NCBI GenBank assembly: GCA_964399295.1
Contig: CAYNQD010000001.1
Coordinates: 86,454-150,453, forward strand
Origin: an uncultured Candidatus Saccharibacteria bacterium
Lineage (GTDB): Bacteria; Patescibacteriota; Minisyncoccia; Phycocordibacterales; UBA918
Length of the DNA stretch: 64,000 nucleotides
Direction: 5' to 3'
The notes under the pieces are model-generated. The model was given only the letters and a program-made list of their open reading frames with translations. It did not search any database and was not told the DNA's origin. Shown piece after piece: positions 38,077-45,991 of this stretch. The translations under genes were made by a program, and so were the position numbers. Numbering within the stretch: position 1 is the stretch's first letter; every line of letters starts with the position of its first letter.

Positions 38077-39207
38077 ATGATCGACACAGTATGTCTCCTC
38101 ATTCCGAAGGACAAGATGAAATTTATCGAAGGTGTGTCTAATTGGGAACTCTATTCACGTACAGACACCTATCAAAAGTTTGTACGGAACCCTTCAAAGA
38201 TCGAGAAGAATACGGGTAAGTATTTTCCAAGACTGACGGGCTATAAAAGACGCTTCGGAGATGATGCAAATGTACGCATTGAGTTCTCGGTCCCGAAACT
38301 GCTTTTACTAAATAATCTCGATGAAGTTACTGAAAGTGACTTCTCGAGAATAGTAAATGTTTTATACGACCGTCTAACCGAAATGGGCGTAGTTATTCCA
38401 AAATCAGAGCTTAAAAGTGCGAATGTTAGCTCCGTTCATTATTCAAAGAATATCGCCCTGACTAACGGGTATACTGCCAGCTATATCCTTTCGGAGATTA
38501 ACAAGATTGATCTTAGAAAGAGCTTTGATTTCTCGAAGGCACGCTTCACAAATGATGGTCAGAGTTTGTACATTCACACTACAAGTCATCAGTTCGTGCT
38601 CTATGACAAGATTGCTGATTTAGCTAAGGGCAAGAAGCGAGCTATCGATAAGGATCAGACAATATACCAGCGGTCCTTGTTTGAACAGATAGATCAATCA
38701 TCAACCGAGGTACTTAGGTTAGAAGTAAGGCTGAATAAGAAGCAGAAGTTGAAAGAAGTGTTAGCTAAGTTCGGTCAAAATCAAACTCCGATCTTCTCGG
38801 ATATTTTCTCAGAAAAAATAAGCAAAAAAATCGTAGTGGATTATTGGAATACACTTATTAAAGCCAACAATCTAGCAGTACTCTCTTTGGACCTCAAACC
38901 CAAAGACCTACTACAGCTATTAATCCGATCCGAGTTTAAGGCGAAGCCCAATCGACTGCTATATCTCATAGGTTTACATTGCCTTGCACGGGACGGAACT
39001 GGTACAAGGCAATTACGATCTGTGCTCGAGAAGAAGTCTAGTGATAGAAGTTGGTACCGTATCTCAAGTGACCTCAAACTTCTAGGTGAACTTATTTCTG
39101 ATGATTATCTGAGAGATTGGGTCAAACATATCGATCAAGCACTAAAAGATTACAAAACATTTAAAGTTAATGAATATGCAAAACCGATCGCATCAAAAGA
39201 CTTTTAA
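38077..39207 (+). CDS. Putative replication initiation protein (Rep_trans/rolling-circle-like)
   Basis: 376 aa. Mobile-element context. Candidate catalytic SSVHYSKN Tyr motif. Weak evidence overall. Confidence 0.25.
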   Translation: MIDTVCLLIPKDKMKFIEGVSNWELYSRTDTYQKFVRNPSKIEKNTGKYFPRLTGYKRRFGDDANVRIEFSVPKLLLLNNLDEVTESDFSRIVNVLYDRLTEMGVVIPKSELKSANVSSVHYSKNIALTNGYTASYILSEINKIDLRKSFDFSKARFTNDGQSLYIHTTSHQFVLYDKIADLAKGKKRAIDKDQTIYQRSLFEQIDQSSTEVLRLEVRLNKKQKLKEVLAKFGQNQTPIFSDIFSEKISKKIVVDYWNTLIKANNLAVLSLDLKPKDLLQLLIRSEFKAKPNRLLYLIGLHCLARDGTGTRQLRSVLEKKSSDRSWYRISSDLKLLGELISDDYLRDWVKHIDQALKDYKTFKVNEYAKPIASKDF

Positions 39208-39451
39208 CACTTCATTTCTTAATCGAGTAATTACGTATAAAGAGAAGCTCAAGGAAGTCGAGACATCTTCCATTGAAGAGGTGTTAGAAAACTTCTCAAA
39301 AGATCTATACCCAGAGCAAGAATTAATCGTGTGGGAAATGATTAGTTTACATTATGAAAATGGCACTTTGATGCACCCAGAATGGGACTTAACTGCCAAA
39401 AAAGAGCATTATAAGTCAGTATTCGCTCAATCTTTCGGTATCAACGGGTAG
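39170..39451 (+). CDS. Hypothetical small protein
   Basis: 93-aa ORF overlapping the end of the upstream gene. No motif found. Confidence 0.25.
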   Translation: MNMQNRSHQKTFNTSFLNRVITYKEKLKEVETSSIEEVLENFSKDLYPEQELIVWEMISLHYENGTLMHPEWDLTAKKEHYKSVFAQSFGING

Positions 39452-39493
39452 TTACTAGGGATGTAAAGAATAGTAAAGTATAATAAAACACAT

Positions 39494-39670
39494 ATGGAGG
39501 AAAAAGAATTTTACACAGCGCAAGAACTTGCTGAAATGTTACGTGTGAACATTATGACAGTCTATAGGTATATAGATGCAAAAAAACTCAACGCCTACAA
39601 GTTTGGAAAAGAGTATCGTATTGATAAGGTTGAGTTTAAAAGTTTTCTAGAAAAGGCAAAAACAAAGTGA
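39494..39670 (+). CDS. Excisionase-family HTH DNA-binding protein (HTH_17/MerR-like)
   Basis: 58-aa ORF below the track cutoff: MEEKEFYTAQELAEMLRVNIMTVYRYIDAKKLNAYKFGKEYRIDKVEFKSFLEKAKTK matches the Xis/HTH_17 pattern. Stops 4 nt before the Dcm start. Confidence 0.6.
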   Translation: MEEKEFYTAQELAEMLRVNIMTVYRYIDAKKLNAYKFGKEYRIDKVEFKSFLEKAKTK

Positions 39671-39673
39671 TAT

Positions 39674-40666
39674 ATGGCGAAACAAAAATTTACATTCATT
39701 GATCTATTTGCAGGAATTGGCGGTATTAGAATTGCATTTGATAATGTTGGCGGTAAGTGCGTTTTTACTTCTGAGATTGATGAGCAATGTCAGAAGATGT
39801 ATGAAAATTATTTTGGTGACAAGCCACACGGCGATATAACTAAAATTGATGCAAAGGATATTCCCGATCACGATATTCTAACTGGCGGTTTCCCTTGTCA
39901 GGCTTTCAGTATCATCGGTGGGATGAAGGGTTTTGCGGATACTAGAGGAACGCTTTTCTTCGATGTTGAGAGGATATTAAAAGAGAAGCGACCAAAAGCA
40001 TTTCTACTAGAGAATGTAAGAAATTTGACTGTGCACGATGGGGGTAGAACTTTTCAAACCATAAAAGATAGACTGCTCGATTTGGGTTATTTTGTGCACT
40101 ATAAAGTTCTTAACGGACTGGATTTTGGGGTTCCTCAAAAAAGAGAGCGAATAATGATTGTTGGTTTTGAAAAAAATTATCCCTTTGTCTTTCCTGATGG
40201 TTCTAAAGTGAAGAAAAAGTTATTAACTGATATTCTTGAAGACGAAAGTACGATTGACCCTAAGCACTTTGTCAGTGATTACGTTAAGCAAAACTTGCAA
40301 CAAAAGTTAATCGACCAAAATAAGCAGAGACCTGATTATCCAACTATTTGGCACGAAAATAAGTCAGGCAATATTGGTATTCACGAGTTTTCTTGTGCTT
40401 TGAGGGCTGGGGGTTCTTATAATTATTTGCTAGTTAATGGAACCCGAAGACCAACTCCTAGAGAGATGTTTCGGTTACAAGGTTTTCCAGATAATTACCC
40501 TATAATTGTTCCTTTAACCCAAGCTAGAAAGCAGGCTGGGAACGCTGTGGTTGTGCCAAAAATTCAAGCTGTTGCTGAAGCAATGATTGAAGCAATGTCA
40601 AAGAAACCTATTTCTTCATTAGATCAAGATGAAGTTTCCAATGTTGTCTTGGAGTTTAGTAAGTAA
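39674..40666 (+). CDS. DNA cytosine-5 methyltransferase
   Basis: FAGIGG (motif I), GFPCQAFS (motif IV, catalytic Cys), ENVRNL (motif VI), VPQKRER (motif VIII). 330 aa. Confidence 0.85.
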   Translation: MAKQKFTFIDLFAGIGGIRIAFDNVGGKCVFTSEIDEQCQKMYENYFGDKPHGDITKIDAKDIPDHDILTGGFPCQAFSIIGGMKGFADTRGTLFFDVERILKEKRPKAFLLENVRNLTVHDGGRTFQTIKDRLLDLGYFVHYKVLNGLDFGVPQKRERIMIVGFEKNYPFVFPDGSKVKKKLLTDILEDESTIDPKHFVSDYVKQNLQQKLIDQNKQRPDYPTIWHENKSGNIGIHEFSCALRAGGSYNYLLVNGTRRPTPREMFRLQGFPDNYPIIVPLTQARKQAGNAVVVPKIQAVAEAMIEAMSKKPISSLDQDEVSNVVLEFSK

Positions 40667-40679
40667 TAATTAATGAATT

Positions 40680-41723
40680 ATGCCCGAAGAGAAAAAAGCA
40701 CTTGATAGTTTGATTAAAAAGTCTAGAGTGCACTTTTACAAGCCAATTCAGATTGCAGAAATTCTGCATCATAAAAGGAATGGAGCCGACATCGAACTCT
40801 CGGATCTTGAACAGTATCGTAATATATCCAAAAGATGGCGAGACGAGGTCTCAACTCGACTAATCGGACGAAGAAGCACATCTAGTCAAAAGTATCAGGA
40901 TAATCTTTTTGAGAATAACGCTATTCCGCCAAACATCTTGGCGAAATTAGGTAGTGTAAATCAAGAAAGCGCAGGTGGCGTAGAAGCATATATTTACTAT
41001 ACGATGAAGGAGAAATTCTCAGAATTACATTCTGTTGCCACCTACATTGGAACTGCAACACCTGAGACATTTGACTTAGATGAAGTAGTAAATATTTTCA
41101 CAAGAACTGCAGGTTTAAAAAGAAGTATTGATAAGGTTTATGAAATCGCTGTTTATGCCTTGTTTGCGACTATTGTTAGGGCGTTGCGTGCAGAAATTAC
41201 GCTTGCTATTAAGAATGAGGACGAAGAAATCTTAGCTGACTTTAATACGTTTATAAAAAATGTTTTAGGGATTTCAGCAAACCAGACCCAGCTTACTGTA
41301 CCAGCTAACTTATATCGAGTAGGTGCTACAAATGCAGCAGATAGAGGCTTAGATATGTGGTCAAATTTTGGTCCTGTAGTGCAGGTTAAACACCTTACAA
41401 TCACTCCTGAAACTGTTGAGGATATAGCTGAGGGAATTGCGGCTGATAAAATAGTAATCGTCTGTCTTGATGCAGAAAGAGAAGCTATAGCGGTATTGTT
41501 GGCACAGGTTGGATGGGGTGAAAGAATTCAAGGTATCATAACTCTAAGTGATCTTCGAGAGTGGTATTTACTTTGTATGAGCGAAAAATACCGAGAAAAA
41601 TTAGGAGTTGCATTGCTTAGCGACTTACGAAGGGAGTTTGCAAATGAATTTCCTTCTGGAGCTGAATTAAACCCTTTTATTGCTGAAAGAAACTACCAGC
41701 AATCTTTCCCTGTAGGTTGGTAA
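40680..41723 (+). CDS. Putative type II restriction endonuclease (cognate of C5-MTase)
   Basis: 347-aa ORF 14 nt downstream of Dcm in the same orientation. No family-level motif recognised. Call is by operon context only. Confidence 0.35.
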   Translation: MPEEKKALDSLIKKSRVHFYKPIQIAEILHHKRNGADIELSDLEQYRNISKRWRDEVSTRLIGRRSTSSQKYQDNLFENNAIPPNILAKLGSVNQESAGGVEAYIYYTMKEKFSELHSVATYIGTATPETFDLDEVVNIFTRTAGLKRSIDKVYEIAVYALFATIVRALRAEITLAIKNEDEEILADFNTFIKNVLGISANQTQLTVPANLYRVGATNAADRGLDMWSNFGPVVQVKHLTITPETVEDIAEGIAADKIVIVCLDAEREAIAVLLAQVGWGERIQGIITLSDLREWYLLCMSEKYREKLGVALLSDLRREFANEFPSGAELNPFIAERNYQQSFPVGW

Positions 41724-41731
41724 GTTAAGTT

Positions 41732-43306
41732 ATGAAAGCAATAGTACTAGCTCGTGTATCTACTGAAGAACAACGTGAAGCTGGTAACTCATTGCCAGCA
41801 CAACAAGCGAGACTTATCTCTTACATTGAGAAATCATTCAGTAAGACAAACAATCAAAAATTAGTGCTCGAAAAAGAGTTCGTTTTTGACGAGAGTGCCT
41901 ATAAAGAGCATCGAAAAGAGTTTAATAAAATAACCGAGTACATTGAAGGTTTTAAAGAAACTGTAGCTCTTTGCTGTGATAAAGTTGACCGACTATCGAG
42001 AGACTTTTTAATCGGTCTGCCTGTGTTAGAGAGGTTGAGACGAGATGGAAAGATTGAGCTTCACTTTCCATCAGATAACTTAGTTCTACACCAAAATTCG
42101 CCTGCCACAGACCTTTTCCACTACAACATCGCCCTTGCTCTAGCCCAGTACTATTCAAACGCCATCAGTGATAATACTAAAAGAGCACTTGAACAAAAGC
42201 GAAGAAATGGAGAATGGACTGGTAAGGTACGTATAGGTTATTTGAACGTGTCGCTTGATGCTGAAAAACGCCTTCGAAAAGATATAATCATAGATCCGTT
42301 TAGAGGACCGCTTATTCAGAAGTTGTTTGAGCTGTATGCAACAGGCAACCATTCACTTGAAAGCGTTCGCTCCGAAATCATTAAACTTGGTTTGAGAAGT
42401 CTTGATGAAAATAAGCCTTCCAAAAGTAATATCGATCTAATTCTCAATGATCCTTTTTACTGTGGTATTGCTGTGTCGAAAAAGTACGGTAAGTTTGCTC
42501 ATCGCTATCCGAAACTAATTTCGAAAGAGCTTTTTGACCGATGCCAAGAAGTGCGAACTAAGAGAACCAATAACCGAAATAAGGTAGTCTCAAAGGATTT
42601 CATCTTCAAAGGGATGCTTAAATGTGCTAATTGTGGCTGTTCGATGAGTGCTGAAACGAAAGTAAAACCGAGTGGCAAATCCTATACGTATTATTCTTGC
42701 ACGAATGCCAAAAAAACCTGCAAAAAACAATACGTTACTGAGCAAGACCTCCTAAAGCCCATCTGGGACGTACTGGGACGTTTCGGAACGATTTCAGAGC
42801 AGGTACAGGCTGATCTAGTATCTGAGCTAAGAAAGACCACAGAAGCCGAAATTGAGTTCCATAAGGCACAATTAAACCGTATCCGAAATGAATACGAAGA
42901 ACTTAAGAAGAAGGACGATCGTTTGCTGGATGCTTATCTAGACCAGAGTATTACTAAAGATGTCTATGACAAAAAACATCAAGACTATGCTGACAAGCTC
43001 CAGCTCCTTGAGATAGAATTATCAGAGTACCGAAAAGCTGACTACGACTACCAAACAACCGTTGCTACAGTCATATCTTTGGCACGAAGAGCACAAGCCA
43101 TCTTCGATGGTTGTTCTGAAGTTGCTGAAAAGAGAGCGTTTTTGAATTTGATACTTCAGAACCCGACCGTAAACGGAAAAAAGCTAGATTTTACACTAGC
43201 TTCTCCGTTTAATTTGGTCCTTGATTTAGCTGACGTCTCTTCTGGCTCCGCAGGTAGGATTCGAACCTACGACCAATCGGTTAACAGCCGATTGCTCTAC
43301 CGCTGA
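41732..43306 (+). CDS. Large serine recombinase (second copy); 3' end overlaps tRNA-Asn
   Basis: MKAIVLARVSTEEQREAGNSLPAQQ resolvase motif with catalytic Ser. Cys cluster CANCGCSMSAETK...CTNAKKTCKKQ and coiled-coil. The last about 21 codons are read through the tRNA gene on the opposite strand. Confidence 0.8.
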   Translation: MKAIVLARVSTEEQREAGNSLPAQQARLISYIEKSFSKTNNQKLVLEKEFVFDESAYKEHRKEFNKITEYIEGFKETVALCCDKVDRLSRDFLIGLPVLERLRRDGKIELHFPSDNLVLHQNSPATDLFHYNIALALAQYYSNAISDNTKRALEQKRRNGEWTGKVRIGYLNVSLDAEKRLRKDIIIDPFRGPLIQKLFELYATGNHSLESVRSEIIKLGLRSLDENKPSKSNIDLILNDPFYCGIAVSKKYGKFAHRYPKLISKELFDRCQEVRTKRTNNRNKVVSKDFIFKGMLKCANCGCSMSAETKVKPSGKSYTYYSCTNAKKTCKKQYVTEQDLLKPIWDVLGRFGTISEQVQADLVSELRKTTEAEIEFHKAQLNRIRNEYEELKKKDDRLLDAYLDQSITKDVYDKKHQDYADKLQLLEIELSEYRKADYDYQTTVATVISLARRAQAIFDGCSEVAEKRAFLNLILQNPTVNGKKLDFTLASPFNLVLDLADVSSGSAGRIRTYDQSVNSRLLYR

Positions 43307-43317
43307 GCTACTGCGGA
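43243..43317 (-). tRNA. tRNA-Asn (anticodon GUU) with encoded CCA
   Basis: Minus-strand UCCGCAGUAGCUCAGCGGUAGAGCAAUCGGCUGUUAACCGAUUGGUCGUAGGUUCGAAUCCUACCUGCGGAGCCA. The 7-bp acceptor, D arm GCUC/GAGC, anticodon stem AUCGG/CCGAU with loop CUGUUAA, and T-arm GUAGG-UUCGAAU-CCUAC all form. Confidence 0.85.
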
Positions 43318-43478
43318 ATGTTTCTCTATTTCGTTTGTTTTGTTCTTGAACTTGAAGCTGATTAATTTGCTGATTCCTAATCAATCTAACCAATTCAGTC
43401 CAAGTGCTTGTATTGTACAGAAAAAAAATGATTATTCAACCTTTTCTGGTGGCTGTTTTGAAGGTTTGGTGTTGGTGG

Positions 43479-43539
43479 GGACAAATTGGCCATAAGGGGG
43501 CGGCAACGTAGTTGCCGCCCCCTTATGGCCAATTTGTCC
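43479..43539. repeat. Perfect 29-bp inverted repeat with 3-nt spacer
   Basis: ggacaaattggccataagggggcggcaac-gta-gttgccgcccccttatggccaatttgtcc. The arms are exact reverse complements. Confidence 0.8.
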
Positions 43540-43632
43540 TGTGCAAAACTCCAAAAAAACCAACAAAACAAAGAAAGTTTAATTTGTCCAAAAAGATAGT
43601 ATAATTAGGGAGTTATAAGTTAAAGATTTTCT

Positions 43633-43932
43633 ATGCTTACACTTTATTACAAACCAACTTGTCAATTTTGTCGGCGAGTGCTAGCTGTGATTGATCGTTT
43701 GGAACTGGAGGTGGAAATGAAGGATGTTACCGAGTCGGAAGTAGAGGCCGATTTAGTTGCTAGAGCGGGAAAAATGCAGGTCCCTTACTTAGTAGATACT
43801 GAAATCGGAATTGAAATGTTTGAATCAGATCTAATTGTCGCTCACTTACAGACCAATTATGGAAAATCATCAATTCCGGCTCGTCCGCGCGTTCATATCA
43901 GCGACAGCACCTGCGTTTCTTGCGAGGGATAG
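43633..43932 (+). CDS. Glutaredoxin-like thioredoxin-fold protein
   Basis: LTLYYKPTCQFCRRV has CxxC in a glutaredoxin-like N-terminal context. 99 aa. Confidence 0.45.
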   Translation: MLTLYYKPTCQFCRRVLAVIDRLELEVEMKDVTESEVEADLVARAGKMQVPYLVDTEIGIEMFESDLIVAHLQTNYGKSSIPARPRVHISDSTCVSCEG

Positions 43933-43935
43933 TTT

Positions 43936-44163
43936 ATGTACGTTAAGGTTCGGGTGATACCGAAAGCAAAGAAGGAAACAATGAAAAAGATTGCCGACCA
44001 GACCTTTGAAATGACGGTAAAACAGCCTGCTGAAAGAAATTTGGCCAATAATCGCGTAAGAGAACTGTTGGCTAATGAATATAATATAGACAGCAAAGCG
44101 GTTAGAATTGTTTCCGGTCATCATTCAGGCAGTAAAATATTTGACGTAAAAATTGATTATTAG
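43936..44163 (+). CDS. DUF167/YggU (UPF0235) family protein
   Basis: 75 aa. VKVIPKAKKE ... NNRVRELLANEYNIDSKAVRIVSGHHSGSKIFDV resembles YggU. Confidence 0.45.
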   Translation: MYVKVRVIPKAKKETMKKIADQTFEMTVKQPAERNLANNRVRELLANEYNIDSKAVRIVSGHHSGSKIFDVKIDY

Positions 44164-44181
44164 AAAGATAAGTCTAAAAAT

Positions 44182-44547
44182 ATGTCATTCAATAATATTA
44201 TTTTCAAAAACACTGACGCTAATGTTAAAAAAAGTTTACATGATTTGGTTGAACAAAAACTAACTTCACTGGAGAAATATGTTGGTGATGAAACCGATGT
44301 GAAATGTGAGGTTGAATTTGAAAAAGTTGCTCCGCATAATTCTGGTGATATTTATCGGGTGGAATTAAATCTTTGGGTGGCCGGAAAAATGTATCGCGCT
44401 GAGTCTACCAAATCCACTTATGAGGCAGCTATAGATTTGGTGCGCGACGAACTAGATCGAGATTTGAGCAAAAGTCACGACAAACGCCATACCCTAGAGA
44501 GAAAAGGAGGTAGAGAAATCAAGGAAGCGCTTCGGTCTATAGAATAA
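44182..44547 (+). CDS. hpf: Ribosome hibernation-promoting factor / RaiA (YfiA) family
   Basis: 121 aa with the beta-alpha-beta-beta-beta-alpha size and pattern. NIIFKNTDANVKKSLHDLVEQKL is a typical start. Confidence 0.55.
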   Translation: MSFNNIIFKNTDANVKKSLHDLVEQKLTSLEKYVGDETDVKCEVEFEKVAPHNSGDIYRVELNLWVAGKMYRAESTKSTYEAAIDLVRDELDRDLSKSHDKRHTLERKGGREIKEALRSIE

Positions 44548-44549
44548 AA

Positions 44550-45404
44550 TCAGCGGAAACAGAGACTAAAATCAGTCTCTGTTTTTCCTTCCGGAACGAT
44601 GCGGGTAATTTGCAGCTTGTTGTTAATAATATCAGCGTGTTTGATTTTGTAGCGCTTTCCTTGATGAATAAAAAAAGTTTCAGGCCAGCCGTCAAAAGCG
44701 CGGATTTTTAGAAGTGCTTGGTAAGCTTCATTGCCGGATGGTAGATTGTAAGGGTTGATGGCAAGTTCGCCCATGTTTTTTTTGATTTTGGTACAAAAAG
44801 TAGCTTGCGAGTGGTCTTGGGTGGTGGGCGAAATTTCACCGGCCAGATAGCGAGGAATCAAATCTGCCAACATGGCTCCGCCTTGGTGCGCCATGGCCAC
44901 GTCTAATTCTTCGCCGGCAACCGGCCAGTTTTCCTCAGAAATTTGTATTGCCATCTGACTTAAAATGGGGCCGTGATCCAAATCTTCGTCCATGAGCATA
45001 AGGGTCACGCCGGTTTTTCTTTCGTCATTTAAAATCGCACTGCGAATCGGGCTGGCGCCGCGGAGTTTGGGAAGTAGAGAAGGGTGAACATTAATGGTTC
45101 CAAATTTTGGCAAATCCAAAAGCCAAGCCGGCAGGATTTTTCCGTAAGCGACAACAATAAATAAATCCCAAGCACTTTCGGTTAATTCTGGAACCAAACT
45201 TGCTTCTTTGAGGGTTTTTGGTTGAATGACGGGAATGTCATTATCCTGTCCCCAGATTTTTACCAGTGGGGGCGTGAGAATCTGTTTTCTTCCCACCGGC
45301 GCGTCGGGATTGGTGACAATTAAATTTGGTAAGATATTGGCTACTTTCAACTCATCCAGCACGATTGAAGCTATTTTAGGCGTGCCAAAGAAAGCTATTT
45401 TCAT
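44550..45404 (-). CDS. fmt: Methionyl-tRNA formyltransferase
   Basis: MKIAFFGTPKIA start, HPSLLPKLRGASPI (SLLP active site), C-terminal domain. 4-nt overlap with def upstream. Confidence 0.8.
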   Translation of the reverse strand: MKIAFFGTPKIASIVLDELKVANILPNLIVTNPDAPVGRKQILTPPLVKIWGQDNDIPVIQPKTLKEASLVPELTESAWDLFIVVAYGKILPAWLLDLPKFGTINVHPSLLPKLRGASPIRSAILNDERKTGVTLMLMDEDLDHGPILSQMAIQISEENWPVAGEELDVAMAHQGGAMLADLIPRYLAGEISPTTQDHSQATFCTKIKKNMGELAINPYNLPSGNEAYQALLKIRAFDGWPETFFIHQGKRYKIKHADIINNKLQITRIVPEGKTETDFSLCFR

Positions 45405-45943
45405 GTTAGGGGAGTTTCGGTGTTACTGATTTCCACGTCTTTACCATCTTTTTTGATCCAGACTTTTTCCGCTTTGTCGGTAAATAAAATACCATCGAGA
45501 TGATCGTGTTCGTGTTGCATTATTTGCGCTAGAAGTCCACCGGCGCCGCGGGTAAATTTTTTGCCATGTTCATCTAAAGCTTCCAAGGTAACATTAGTGG
45601 CTCGGCGTACCAATCCATAACGGTCGGGAATAGAAAGGCAGCCTTCGCCAGACACACGGGTTTTTTTGGAAATTTTCGTGAAGCGGGGATTGATGGCTAT
45701 GATGGTCGGTAGACGCTCTTCTTCTTTTCCGCTTTGATCTTCAATGATAAACATTCTTTTACCAACGCCAATTTGTGGCGCCGCGATGGCGACAGCCGTA
45801 AAACCGTCAACTTTATAGGTCTTGATTGCTTTACGTAAATCTTTTAGAAGTTTGGTAACGGCACCGGCAGCAAAATCTTCCGCTGTAATTTCTTCCGCTA
45901 CGGTGTGCAATACTGGATTGTTTTCTGGTACTAATTTTGCCAT
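45401..45943 (-). CDS. def: Peptide deformylase
   Basis: GVGKRMFII (GxGxAAxQ-like), EGCLSIP (EGCLS), QHEHDHLDG (HExxH metal site). Confidence 0.85.
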   Translation of the reverse strand: MAKLVPENNPVLHTVAEEITAEDFAAGAVTKLLKDLRKAIKTYKVDGFTAVAIAAPQIGVGKRMFIIEDQSGKEEERLPTIIAINPRFTKISKKTRVSGEGCLSIPDRYGLVRRATNVTLEALDEHGKKFTRGAGGLLAQIMQHEHDHLDGILFTDKAEKVWIKKDGKDVEISNTETPLT

Positions 45944-45991
45944 AAATTTAAAACGTGTTGTAATTATAGCAAATTACCACAATCATTAAAA

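Noticed and set aside
43307-43440. Searched for a direct repeat of the tRNA-Asn 3' end marking the distal island boundary
   Set aside because: No convincing copy of GGATTCGAACC-containing sequence found by eye at 27.4, 28.5, 31.7 or 34.7 kb. Serine recombinases need only about 2-bp crossover identity, so absence is not informative.
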